Shown: piece after piece, positions 25,965-34,310 of the stretch
Layout: each line of letters opens with the position of its first letter
Position numbering within the stretch: position 1 is the first letter of the stretch
Assembly: GCA_902805655.1 (NCBI GenBank)
Contig: CADCTF010000059.1
Coordinates: forward strand, 3,140 to 67,139
Source of the DNA: an uncultured Acidimicrobiales bacterium
GTDB lineage: Bacteria > Actinomycetota > Acidimicrobiia > Acidimicrobiales > CADCTF01
Direction: 5' to 3'
Length of the DNA stretch: 64,000 bases
Translations under genes and position numbers: made by a program
The notes under the pieces: model-generated
Databases searched by the model: none
The model's input: only the letters and a program-made list of their open reading frames with translations
What the model was told of the DNA's origin: nothing

Positions 25965-27917
25965 ATGTCCCTGCCCGCGCCCCACCTCGACGACCGTGAC
26001 TTCCAGTCCCTCGTCGACGATGCCAAGAGGATGGTCCAGCAGCGCTGTCCCGAGTGGACCGACCACAACGTCTCCGACCCGGGTGTCACGCTCATCGAGA
26101 CCTTCGCCTACATGGTCGACCAGCTGCTGTGGCGCCTCAACCGCGTGCCCGACCGGAACTACGTCAAGTTCCTCGAGCTCATCGGCATGCGGCTGCGGCC
26201 GCCCACGGCCGCTCGCGTGCCGGTGACCTTCTGGCTCACCGCGCCGCAGGCCGAGACCATCACCGTGCCGACCGGCACCAAGGTGGAGACGCTGCGGGTC
26301 GACGAGCAGCCGGTCGTCTTCTCGGCCGTCGAGCCGCTGGACATCGTGCCGTGCACCCGCACGCTGGTGGCCACCGAGATCGACGGCACGCAGGTGGACG
26401 AGACGGGCGCGCTCGACAACGACCAGCCCGTGCTCTGCTTCGACCGCGTGCCGAAGCCGGGCGACGCCTTCTACATCGGCCTCTCCAACGCCGTGCCCCG
26501 CAACGCGGTGACCCTGGAGCTGGTGTGCAGCATCGAGGGCGTCGGCGTCGACCCCCGGTACCCGCCCCTCGTCTGGGAGGCCTGGGACGGCGACAGCTGG
26601 GTCGAGTGCGAGCTCGAGCGCGACACCACCGGCGGGCTGAACCGGAACGGCGAGATCGTCCTGCACGTGCCGGCCTCTCATCGGGCCCATGCCGGCGTGG
26701 TCAAGATGAATGCGGGGTGGCTCCGCTGCCGCGTCGTGCCGAACCAGGAGTGGCAGCCGGCCTACACGTCCTCGCCGCGCGTCCACCGCGCCACGGCCTG
26801 GACGAGCGGCGGCACCACCGTGGCCGTGAACGCGGAGATCATCCGGGACGAGATCGTGGGCATCAGCGAGGGCATCCCCGCCCAGCGCTTCGCGCTGCAG
26901 CACCGGCCCGTCGTGCCGGGCGAGGCTCCCTACACGCTCGAGGTCTCCACCTTGGAGGCCGGTTGGGAGGAGTGGACGCAGGTGGAGGACTTCTCGGCCA
27001 GCGGACCGGCCGATCAGCACTTCCTCATCGAGGAGACGTCGGGCACGGTCGTGTTCGGGCCCGCGGTGCGCCAGCCCGACGGCAGCCTGACCGGCTACGG
27101 GAAGGTGCCCGACAAGGGCCTACCGGTGCGCGTGCGCGAGTACCGCACCGGCGGGGGTAGGCGGGGCAACGTGGCACGGGGCGCTCTGGCCCTGCTCTCG
27201 ACACCCATGCCCTTCATCCGCTCCGTGACGAACCGGCAGGCGGCACATGGTGGCACCGAGGGCGAGGACATCGACAACGCCAAGGTGCGTGGGCCGATCC
27301 TGCTCAAGACCCGCCACCGCGCCGTCACGGCGGAGGACTATGAGCACCTGGCGTTGCAAGCGGCTGCGGACGTAGGTCGGGCGCGATGCGTGCCGGCCGG
27401 AGGCGAGGGCACCGACGCCGGCGGTGTCCGGGTGCTGATCGTTCCCCAGGTCGAGGACGGACCGAACGGCGCGCTCGAGTTCTCGCAGCTCGTGCCCCAC
27501 GACGACGTCTACGAGCGGCTCCGCCTGCACATCGACGAGCGGCGCACCCTCGGAGCCCGTGTCGTGATCGAACCGCCGGGCTACATGGCGATGTCGGTCG
27601 TGGCCGCCCTCCGCTCCGTGCATCGCTACGACCCACGCCAGCTCGAGCAGGACGCGCTGCGTGCCCTCTACGCCCACTTCCATCCGCTCACCGGCGGGCC
27701 GGCCGGCACCGGCTGGCCCTTCGGTCGGGCGGTGGTGGGCGGCGAGGTGTTCGCCGTGCTGCAGCGGGTCCGGGGCGTCGACTTCGTCGAGGACATCCGG
27801 CTCTTCCCGGCCGACCCGGTGCAGCGCACCCGGGGCGAGCGCACCGACCGCATCCAGCTCGGGCCCAACGACCTCGCCTTCTCCTATGACCACCAGGTCA
27901 TGGTGCGGCCGGGCTAG
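25965..27917 (+). CDS. Baseplate_J-like (gp6/Afp11-like) baseplate protein
   Basis: LDDRDFQSLVDDAKRMVQQRCPEWTDHNVSDPGVTLIETFAYMVDQLLWRLNRVPDRNYVKFLELIG is the typical N-terminus of putative baseplate assembly proteins. RAVTAEDYEHLA lies in the C-terminal part. Confidence 0.85.
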   Translation: MSLPAPHLDDRDFQSLVDDAKRMVQQRCPEWTDHNVSDPGVTLIETFAYMVDQLLWRLNRVPDRNYVKFLELIGMRLRPPTAARVPVTFWLTAPQAETITVPTGTKVETLRVDEQPVVFSAVEPLDIVPCTRTLVATEIDGTQVDETGALDNDQPVLCFDRVPKPGDAFYIGLSNAVPRNAVTLELVCSIEGVGVDPRYPPLVWEAWDGDSWVECELERDTTGGLNRNGEIVLHVPASHRAHAGVVKMNAGWLRCRVVPNQEWQPAYTSSPRVHRATAWTSGGTTVAVNAEIIRDEIVGISEGIPAQRFALQHRPVVPGEAPYTLEVSTLEAGWEEWTQVEDFSASGPADQHFLIEETSGTVVFGPAVRQPDGSLTGYGKVPDKGLPVRVREYRTGGGRRGNVARGALALLSTPMPFIRSVTNRQAAHGGTEGEDIDNAKVRGPILLKTRHRAVTAEDYEHLALQAAADVGRARCVPAGGEGTDAGGVRVLIVPQVEDGPNGALEFSQLVPHDDVYERLRLHIDERRTLGARVVIEPPGYMAMSVVAALRSVHRYDPRQLEQDALRALYAHFHPLTGGPAGTGWPFGRAVVGGEVFAVLQRVRGVDFVEDIRLFPADPVQRTRGERTDRIQLGPNDLAFSYDHQVMVRPG

Positions 27918-27986
27918 GCAGGGCGACGGTACGATGCGCCCCGTTCGACTTGGCGATGCCCGGGTTGCCGGCACGGGAGGTGGCAG

Positions 27987-28523
27987 GTGCGTGGCCTGAT
28001 CGAAGGGCTGGAGTCCCCGCACCCAATCGGCCTCCTGCTGCCGGGGCTCTATCACGACGACGACTTCACCCAGCGGTTCACCTCGGGGCTCGACGACGTG
28101 CTGGCACCCGTGCTCGGGGTGCTCGACAGCCTCGACGCCTACTTCGACCCCGAGCTGGCGCCGTTGGACTTCGTGGAGTGGCTGGCGTCCTGGGTGGGCA
28201 TCGAGCTGGACGAGAACCTGCCTGAAGCGCGCCGGCGACGGCTGGTGGCCAAGGCCGGCGAGCTCTACACCTGGGCCGGCACCGCTCGGGGTCTGGCCGC
28301 ACTCGTCGAGGCCTACACGGGCGTGATCCCGGAGATCGAGGACACCGGGGCCGTCGCCTCCGGCCGCTCCCCCGGCAGCGCCATCCCCGGCAGCGCCGAG
28401 AACCGAGTGGTGGTGCGCGTGCGAGGAACCGACGAGACGATCGACGTCGGGCGGCTCTCGCAGCTGGTGCGCCGCTTCATCCCCGCCCACGTGGTGGCCG
28501 ACCTCGAGGTGCTCCCGACATGA
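27987..28523 (+). CDS. Phage tail protein I (P2 gpI-like) domain baseplate protein, short form
   Basis: GLLLPGLYHDDDFTQRFTSGLDDVLAPVLGVLDSLDAYFDPELAPLDFVEWLASWVGIELDENLPEARRRRLV...YTWAGTARGL. GGGAGG lies upstream of GTG 27987. Confidence 0.75.
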   Translation: MRGLIEGLESPHPIGLLLPGLYHDDDFTQRFTSGLDDVLAPVLGVLDSLDAYFDPELAPLDFVEWLASWVGIELDENLPEARRRRLVAKAGELYTWAGTARGLAALVEAYTGVIPEIEDTGAVASGRSPGSAIPGSAENRVVVRVRGTDETIDVGRLSQLVRRFIPAHVVADLEVLPT

Positions 28524-29704
28524 TCGTCTGCACGAGCTGCAGCCACCAGAACGAGGACGACGACGAGTTCTGCGGTTCCTGCGGCAAGTTCCTGGAGTGG
28601 GTGGGCGAGAAGATCGTCGACCCGGCGCCGGCTCGCACGGAAGCCACACCGACGGCCACGGTCACGGCCGCCAAGTCGACCGCGACGGACGCCCCCTTGC
28701 CTCACGTCGTGGCACCGACCTTCGACGGCACGCTCGGTGACCCCGGCGTGGGCGCCGAGCAGCTGCAGGAAGCCACCGCCGCCCTCGACCAGACGCGGGT
28801 GATGGGACCCGAGCGTTCGGCTTCGGGGTCCTCCGATGCGGCCGGTGTCGCCACGGAGCCGATCGCCCAGAAGCCGACCCGCACGGTCGCCGCCCCTCGC
28901 CCCGACCCCCGCACCTCGGCGCCGCCCCGCGCCCTGCAGCCAGGTGATCGGGTGTGTGGCCAGTGCGGCGCCGGCAACGAGCCGGCTCGCAACTTCTGTC
29001 GCCGTTGTGGTGGCTCGCTCGCTCAAGCGGCCACGGCCCCCAAGGCGCCTTGGTACAAGCGGATCCTGGCTCGCCCGCCCGCCGGCGCTCCGCCGGCGGG
29101 CACTCGCCCCACCGGCCGTCGAGCAAGTGGAAGGTCTGGGATCGGCCGGATCGTCGGACTGCTGGCCCTTGCGGCGATCCTCGCGGCCCTCGCCATACCG
29201 AGCACTCGCAACGCGGCCCGAGATGCCGGCGAGCGCGTCGTCGAGCGGTTCCAGGAGGTCTTCGGCGGCGGGAAGACCGACCCGGCGCGTCCGGTGACGG
29301 TCGAGGCCTCGTCCGCGGCCCCGGGCCACCCGGACGAGTTCCTCACCGACCTCTCCACCAACACGTTCTGGGCGGAGAACGCCGAGGGCGAAGGCATCAA
29401 CGAGAACGTCGCCTTCAACTTCGGCCGGAAGGTGAACCTCCACAGCATGGTCATCACGTCGGGCGCGCAGGACGCCGTCACCAGCTTCGTGCAGCAACCC
29501 CGGCCGCGGGGCTTGCACATCGCCTACGACACCGGCGCCAGCACCGACGTCGAGCTCACGGACTCCCCGGAGCCACAGCTCGTTCGGCTCGACAACGCCA
29601 ACGAGGTCACGGTCGTCAACGTGGCGATCACGTCGGTCTACCCGTCCACTGCGGGCGGGCAGGCCACATCGATCACGGAGATCGAGTTCAACCAGAAGGG
29701 CTGA
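28520..29704 (+). CDS. Membrane protein: two N-terminal zinc ribbons, one TM helix, C-terminal discoidin (F5/8 type C)-like domain
   Basis: CTSCSHQNEDDDEFCGSCG and CGQCGAGNEPARNFCRRCG. TM helix IVGLLALAAILAALAI. The C-terminus ...NTFWAENAEGEGINENVAFNFGRKVNLHSMVITSG...TSITEIEF is discoidin-like. ATGA overlap with the gpI-like gene. Confidence 0.6.
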   Translation: MIVCTSCSHQNEDDDEFCGSCGKFLEWVGEKIVDPAPARTEATPTATVTAAKSTATDAPLPHVVAPTFDGTLGDPGVGAEQLQEATAALDQTRVMGPERSASGSSDAAGVATEPIAQKPTRTVAAPRPDPRTSAPPRALQPGDRVCGQCGAGNEPARNFCRRCGGSLAQAATAPKAPWYKRILARPPAGAPPAGTRPTGRRASGRSGIGRIVGLLALAAILAALAIPSTRNAARDAGERVVERFQEVFGGGKTDPARPVTVEASSAAPGHPDEFLTDLSTNTFWAENAEGEGINENVAFNFGRKVNLHSMVITSGAQDAVTSFVQQPRPRGLHIAYDTGASTDVELTDSPEPQLVRLDNANEVTVVNVAITSVYPSTAGGQATSITEIEFNQKG

Positions 29705-32687
29705 GCCCCAGGCCCAGCTCGGTCAGCACGTCGTGGTACTGCTGTCGGGTGCGGCTGGCCCGGGCGGCCTGGCCCGACGCCTCGAGCTCCGCGACGAGCA
29801 GCTGCCACAGCCCGTCCCGATAGCGGTCGAGGCGCAGGCCGCGCTCGGCCAGCTCGGCGGCCGCAGCCGGTTCACCGCGCTCCACCGCGAGCGAGGCGAG
29901 CGCATGGGCGGCATCGGCGGCCAGCAGGCGGCGGCGCTCCCGCTCCTCGAGCACCCACTCGGCCGACCCCTCCTCCGGCAGGAGGCTTCCGGCGTACGCG
30001 TCGAGCGCGCGACGAAGAGCGGGTTCCGCCGCCCGGAGGCCGCCACCGACCCGCAAGGCCCGGGCCTCGGCCACGGCGGCATCGAACGCCTGCACGTCGA
30101 CGTCGGCGCCGGCACCGAGCACGAGGCGGTACATGTCTCCGTCGCGCACCAGCACGGCCGCCTCTCCGCGCGCCACGCCGGGTTCGAGAAGCTGGCGCAG
30201 GGAGGAGATCGCCACCTGGAGGTTCCGTGTTCCCGCTCGATCGTCCGCCTCGTCGGGCCAGAGGGCGCTGACCAACCGCTCCTTGTGCACGGCCTCACCG
30301 GTGTAGAGGCCGAGGTACCGCAACAGTGAACGAGCCCGCGGCTTCACCGCGTGCAGGTCGACCTGCGTCCCGTGCAACCGGATCGTGAAGCCGCCGAAGC
30401 ACCGGACGACGCAACCGCCCCTCGTTCCGGGCTCACCGCTTCCTCGACGGTCCACCAGGCCCAGCCACGGTGGCTCCCCCCTGCGCGGTGGGCGCGCATC
30501 GGTCGGGAAGAGCGCAGCGACGTGGATGCCGAGCTCGCTTCCACGAGAGAGAAAGGCGTCGGTGACCACTGCGTTGCGGCCCTCCTTGCGCAGCCCGGCA
30601 ATCGCGCCCGACGCCAACGCCGCCGCGCCCGGCACGGAGTTGGTGCGTGCGAACGCGTGTGCCGAGGTGGCCAGCGCTGGCGCAGAGGGCGAGCCCACCC
30701 GCACGTGCCCGAGCGCGGCTGCGGCCCGGGCCCAGGCCTGAAGCGTTCCGGCGCCGAGTGCGCCGAAGCCGTGCTCGGCCTGGTCGATCAAGTCGAAGCG
30801 CGGCTGATCGCGTCGGAGCGAGGCAAGCCCACCGAAGAGGTTCGCCAGTGCGCTCCCCCACGCGTCGTCCTTGGTCGTGACCAGCACGTCCTCGTGCTGA
30901 TCGACGGTGGCATCGAGCACCCGGGCGGCCCGGGCCACCCTCGCCAGCCACGGCACTCCGGAGACAGAGGCCGACTCGGCTGCTGCGTCGAGGCGGGCCA
31001 GCACCGGCCGGCCGCCCAGAGCGGCGGCGATGGCGGCGGCGGTCTCGGCCGCGGCAGCCACGACTGCGCTGGCGGTGACGTCCTCCGCGACCTGCGCAAG
31101 CCGGTGCTCCGCGTCGCGAACCGCGCCGGCGAGCAGCGAGCCGAGCCCGGCCATGAGCTCGGTCGCGGCGGGCGTCGGGCCCATGGCCCCGGCGGTTGCA
31201 CCCAACGGATCCCGCTGGCTTGCGGCCCGCAGCACACCGGTCCAGTCCGACGGCGCCACGAGCACCGGTTCCAGCCAGACACCCAGGGCCAGGCGCTCGC
31301 GTCGGCACACGGCGCCGGGCGCCCCGGGGCCGAAGCCGGCCTCGGCACGGCTGTAGCAGTCACTGGCCACGTCCAGCCGGCCATCGGCCACATGGCGGCG
31401 GGCCGTCGCCAGCGACAACCACGGGTCCTGGTCGAGCAACGAGGACGGAAGGGCGTCGATCCAACCTTCCTGGCCGCCGAGCCCGCGCTCGCCGATCACC
31501 TCGTCACCGCGGCCGCCGAGCACCCGCATGGCCGAATCCCAGTCCTCCGCCCGGCAGTACGACCGCACCGCATCAGCGGCGGCCCCGGCCGACTCGAGCA
31601 GAGCCCCGGCCCGCTGGTGTCGCGCCCGCACCGCCTCCTCGCCCTCCTGCTCGACCAACAGGGCTTCGAGGTGAGAGCGCAGCACCTCGTGGTACCGGTA
31701 CGTCCCGCCTTCGGCGTCGAGCGCGTGCGTGAAGATCTGCCGCTGCTCCAGCTGGCTGAGCATCAGCTCACCCCCACTCGATCCGGTCAGGTGGTCGCAC
31801 AGCGGGCCGTCGAGCCTGCTCAGGACACAGGTCTGAAGCAAGAAGCCGCGCATCTCGGGCTCGAGACCGTCGAGGACGTTCCGCGTCAGGTACTCCCGCA
31901 CGAGCCGTGACCGCAGGCCGAGCTCGTGCAGCAGCCGCCGTCGGTGCGGCGCCGACTTCCCGCGGGTGGCGAGGTGGAACAGCTGGAGCCCGGCGGCCCA
32001 ACCCTCTGTGCGGCGAGCCAGCTCGGCCATGTCCTCCGGCGGCAACGGCTCGCCGTAGAAGTCCCGGAAGAGATCCTCGACCTCCCATGCCCGGAAGCGG
32101 AGGTCGTCCGGCCCGACCTCGATCAGCGCGTTCGACACACGCATGCGGCTCAGATCGAAGCTCGGAATCCGACGGGTAGCGGCGAGGAGCGCTATGCCGG
32201 CGGGCATGTGGGTGACGATGCGCTCGAGCGCCGCCTCGGCCTCGGTGCCCCACAGCGCGTCCAGCTCGTCGACCACCAGCACCGCACCACTGGGTCGCAC
32301 TGCCTCGAGGGCCTTCAGGACGTCCTCCACGCTGCGCCACCGGCCGGCGACACCGAGGCCGGGGGCGAGCGCAGCTCCGAGATGGGCGACGAGCGAGCCC
32401 ACAGATGCATCAGCCGGCTCCGCCCGGTACCACCCGACCGGGCCGGGGGCCGTCGACGCCAGCTGTGCCAACAGGGTGGTCTTTCCCGAGCCGGCCGGCG
32501 CCACCACGAGGCCCAGGCGGTGGTCCCACAGGCCTTCGAGCAGGCGGCTGAGCCGGGCACGAGGCAGGGCCCGCAGGGTCGGCGGTCGGGTCTTCGACCG
32601 CAGAATTGACTGTCCGCTCGCTTCGTGCATCTCCACCCGCCAGGGTGCTCGACCCCCCAGCTGCGGGGCGGCCAGATGGGCCGGCAT
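29688..32687 (-). CDS. Large MalT-like STAND NTPase regulator with C-terminal SARP (winged-helix plus BTAD) domain
   Basis: N-terminus LVVAPAGSGKTTLLAQL (Walker A) and LVVDELD (Walker B). C-terminus FGGFTIRLHGTQVDL...RSLLRYLGLYTGEAVHKERLVSALWPD...TRNLQVAISSLRQLL, then a BTAD-like AYAGSLLPEE...WVLEERERRR...LWQLLVAELEASGQAARA. Alternative start at 32630. Confidence 0.8.
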   Translation of the reverse strand: MPAHLAAPQLGGRAPWRVEMHEASGQSILRSKTRPPTLRALPRARLSRLLEGLWDHRLGLVVAPAGSGKTTLLAQLASTAPGPVGWYRAEPADASVGSLVAHLGAALAPGLGVAGRWRSVEDVLKALEAVRPSGAVLVVDELDALWGTEAEAALERIVTHMPAGIALLAATRRIPSFDLSRMRVSNALIEVGPDDLRFRAWEVEDLFRDFYGEPLPPEDMAELARRTEGWAAGLQLFHLATRGKSAPHRRRLLHELGLRSRLVREYLTRNVLDGLEPEMRGFLLQTCVLSRLDGPLCDHLTGSSGGELMLSQLEQRQIFTHALDAEGGTYRYHEVLRSHLEALLVEQEGEEAVRARHQRAGALLESAGAAADAVRSYCRAEDWDSAMRVLGGRGDEVIGERGLGGQEGWIDALPSSLLDQDPWLSLATARRHVADGRLDVASDCYSRAEAGFGPGAPGAVCRRERLALGVWLEPVLVAPSDWTGVLRAASQRDPLGATAGAMGPTPAATELMAGLGSLLAGAVRDAEHRLAQVAEDVTASAVVAAAAETAAAIAAALGGRPVLARLDAAAESASVSGVPWLARVARAARVLDATVDQHEDVLVTTKDDAWGSALANLFGGLASLRRDQPRFDLIDQAEHGFGALGAGTLQAWARAAAALGHVRVGSPSAPALATSAHAFARTNSVPGAAALASGAIAGLRKEGRNAVVTDAFLSRGSELGIHVAALFPTDARPPRRGEPPWLGLVDRRGSGEPGTRGGCVVRCFGGFTIRLHGTQVDLHAVKPRARSLLRYLGLYTGEAVHKERLVSALWPDEADDRAGTRNLQVAISSLRQLLEPGVARGEAAVLVRDGDMYRLVLGAGADVDVQAFDAAVAEARALRVGGGLRAAEPALRRALDAYAGSLLPEEGSAEWVLEERERRRLLAADAAHALASLAVERGEPAAAAELAERGLRLDRYRDGLWQLLVAELEASGQAARASRTRQQYHDVLTELGLGLSPSG

Positions 32688-32745
32688 GGCCCTTCTGCGC
32701 CAAAGGGTAGACCGCGTGCCCTTTCAGCGCTCTGGCGTCTGTTGT

Positions 32746-33237
32746 TCAGCGTCCGGGGGTGGGGCGCCGCTCCAGCACGCGACGGATCCGCAACCGGTTG
32801 TAGCGCTGTGCCGCGATGCAGGGACCGTTCGCGACGACGGCGTAGACGAGCATGAAGACGCCCACGGGCCAAGGGTTCCAGGCGAAGAAGGCAGGCGCCG
32901 GCAGCAGCGCCAGCACGTGCCCGAGCTCGGCCCGGCGGGTCTCCGCCGCGTACCGCTCGAGGTGGCCGGCCTCCCGGGTGGCCAGCCGCTTCTTGTCGAA
33001 GCCCCCGGCGAAGAGGGCACCCGCTTCCGGCAACAGGTGCTTCCACCGGCGTATGCGCAGCGTGTCCGTGTAGAGCGCCCCCTCGCGCTCGATGCGCCGC
33101 AGGCGCGTGAGGCGGTTGTCCGCTCGGAACCGCTCGACGCCGAGGCGGTGCACGAAGTAGCCGGTGGATGCATGGATCGCGCCCCAGGCGAGCACGTCGA
33201 CCAGCACCGTCACGGGCGCCGAGAAGCTGAGCGACAC
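32746..33237 (-). CDS. CrtO-like membrane acyltransferase (glycosyl-4,4'-diaponeurosporenoate acyltransferase family)
   Basis: RRIEREGALYTDTLRIRRWKHLLPEAGALFAGGFDKKRL...ERYAAETRRAELGH matches the family pattern as I recall it. Several TM segments. Confidence 0.65.
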   Translation of the reverse strand: MSLSFSAPVTVLVDVLAWGAIHASTGYFVHRLGVERFRADNRLTRLRRIEREGALYTDTLRIRRWKHLLPEAGALFAGGFDKKRLATREAGHLERYAAETRRAELGHVLALLPAPAFFAWNPWPVGVFMLVYAVVANGPCIAAQRYNRLRIRRVLERRPTPGR

Positions 33238-33240
33238 GCC

Positions 33241-34248
33241 TCAGACCTCGATCGAACGGCCACGCCAGGACACCCGTCGTCGCAAGTGCGTCAGTACGAG
33301 TGACCGGGCGAACACGGCGAGGAAGAAGACCAGGGGCAGGGGGAAGAGCAACGCGGTCAGCACCCCGAAGGAGCCGATGCGTCGCAGGTGCACGTGCACC
33401 TGCAAGGCGTAGGCCGCGTACAGCGCGAGCCCCGCCCAGCCGAGGAGAAGCGGCGCTGCCGCGGCGGTGATGCAGCCGCTGAGCCACGCGGACACGAGCA
33501 CCAAGGTGAGGGGCCGGGTGCGGCCTGCGCCCCCTGCGATGTTCTTGGTCCAGCCCTCCACCAGCTGGGCCATGCCGTCCGGGTACATGCGAACCACCAC
33601 CGCCCCGTGCCCGCCCCAGCACCGCACCGCGGCTCCGGCGGCCCGCACGGCACGACACAGCTCGACATCGTCCAGCACCTCGGCCCGCACCGCCTCGTGC
33701 CCACCGGCCGCCTCGTAGGTGACCCTGTCCAGCACGAGGCATGGGCCGAACGCGCCGGCCGGCGCCACGCGGTCGCGCCACACCGCAAAGGCGTCGGTGC
33801 CCATCATGGCCACGAGGTTGAAGAAGGCGGAAGCGCGCTCGTACGGCCGCTCGACGGCGTGGAACGGTGCGACCGACACGAGCCCGGCGACGTCCTCCTG
33901 CACCGCCAGCACCCGCTCCATCCCGTCGCGCTCGAACCGCACGTCGGCGTCGACGAAGGCAACGACGTCACCGCCGGTGGCTCCAGCGCCCGAGGCGCAG
34001 GCCCAGGTCTTCCCCGTCCAGCCGGGCGGGAGCGGTGGAGCCTGCACCACGCGGGCCCCGAGGTCTCTCGCCACCTGCGCGGTCGCGTCGGCTGAACCGT
34101 CGTCGACCACCACCACCTCCACACCGGTGCTCTCGTCTCCGATGAGCGTGGGCAGCAGCCGGGCCAGGTTCGCCGCCTCGTTGCGGGCCGGCACGATCAC
34201 CGTGGCCGGCCGGCCGGCGCTCCGGGCACCGGCCGGCAGTGGCACCAC
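33241..34248 (-). CDS. Family 2 glycosyltransferase (CrtQ-like) with C-terminal TM segments
   Basis: TVIVPARNEAANLARLL...VVVVDDGSADAT...PPLPPGWTGKTWAC...VAFVDADV. The gene is 3 nt upstream of the CrtO-like gene. Confidence 0.8.
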   Translation of the reverse strand: MVPLPAGARSAGRPATVIVPARNEAANLARLLPTLIGDESTGVEVVVVDDGSADATAQVARDLGARVVQAPPLPPGWTGKTWACASGAGATGGDVVAFVDADVRFERDGMERVLAVQEDVAGLVSVAPFHAVERPYERASAFFNLVAMMGTDAFAVWRDRVAPAGAFGPCLVLDRVTYEAAGGHEAVRAEVLDDVELCRAVRAAGAAVRCWGGHGAVVVRMYPDGMAQLVEGWTKNIAGGAGRTRPLTLVLVSAWLSGCITAAAAPLLLGWAGLALYAAYALQVHVHLRRIGSFGVLTALLFPLPLVFFLAVFARSLVLTHLRRRVSWRGRSIEV

Positions 34249-34310
34249 CCGCCACAGGAGCAGGAAGCCGAGGCTCCACCGCAGCGCCTCGAGAACGAGG
34301 CGACCGGTGC

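Noticed and set aside
9109-29704. Interpreting the tail-like cluster as a defective prophage or a T6SS
   Set aside because: There are no capsid, portal, terminase, integrase or lysis genes. There are no T6SS membrane-complex (TssJLM) or TssA/ClpV-type genes. DUF4255 plus a dedicated AAA+ ATPase is the eCIS/CIS hallmark.
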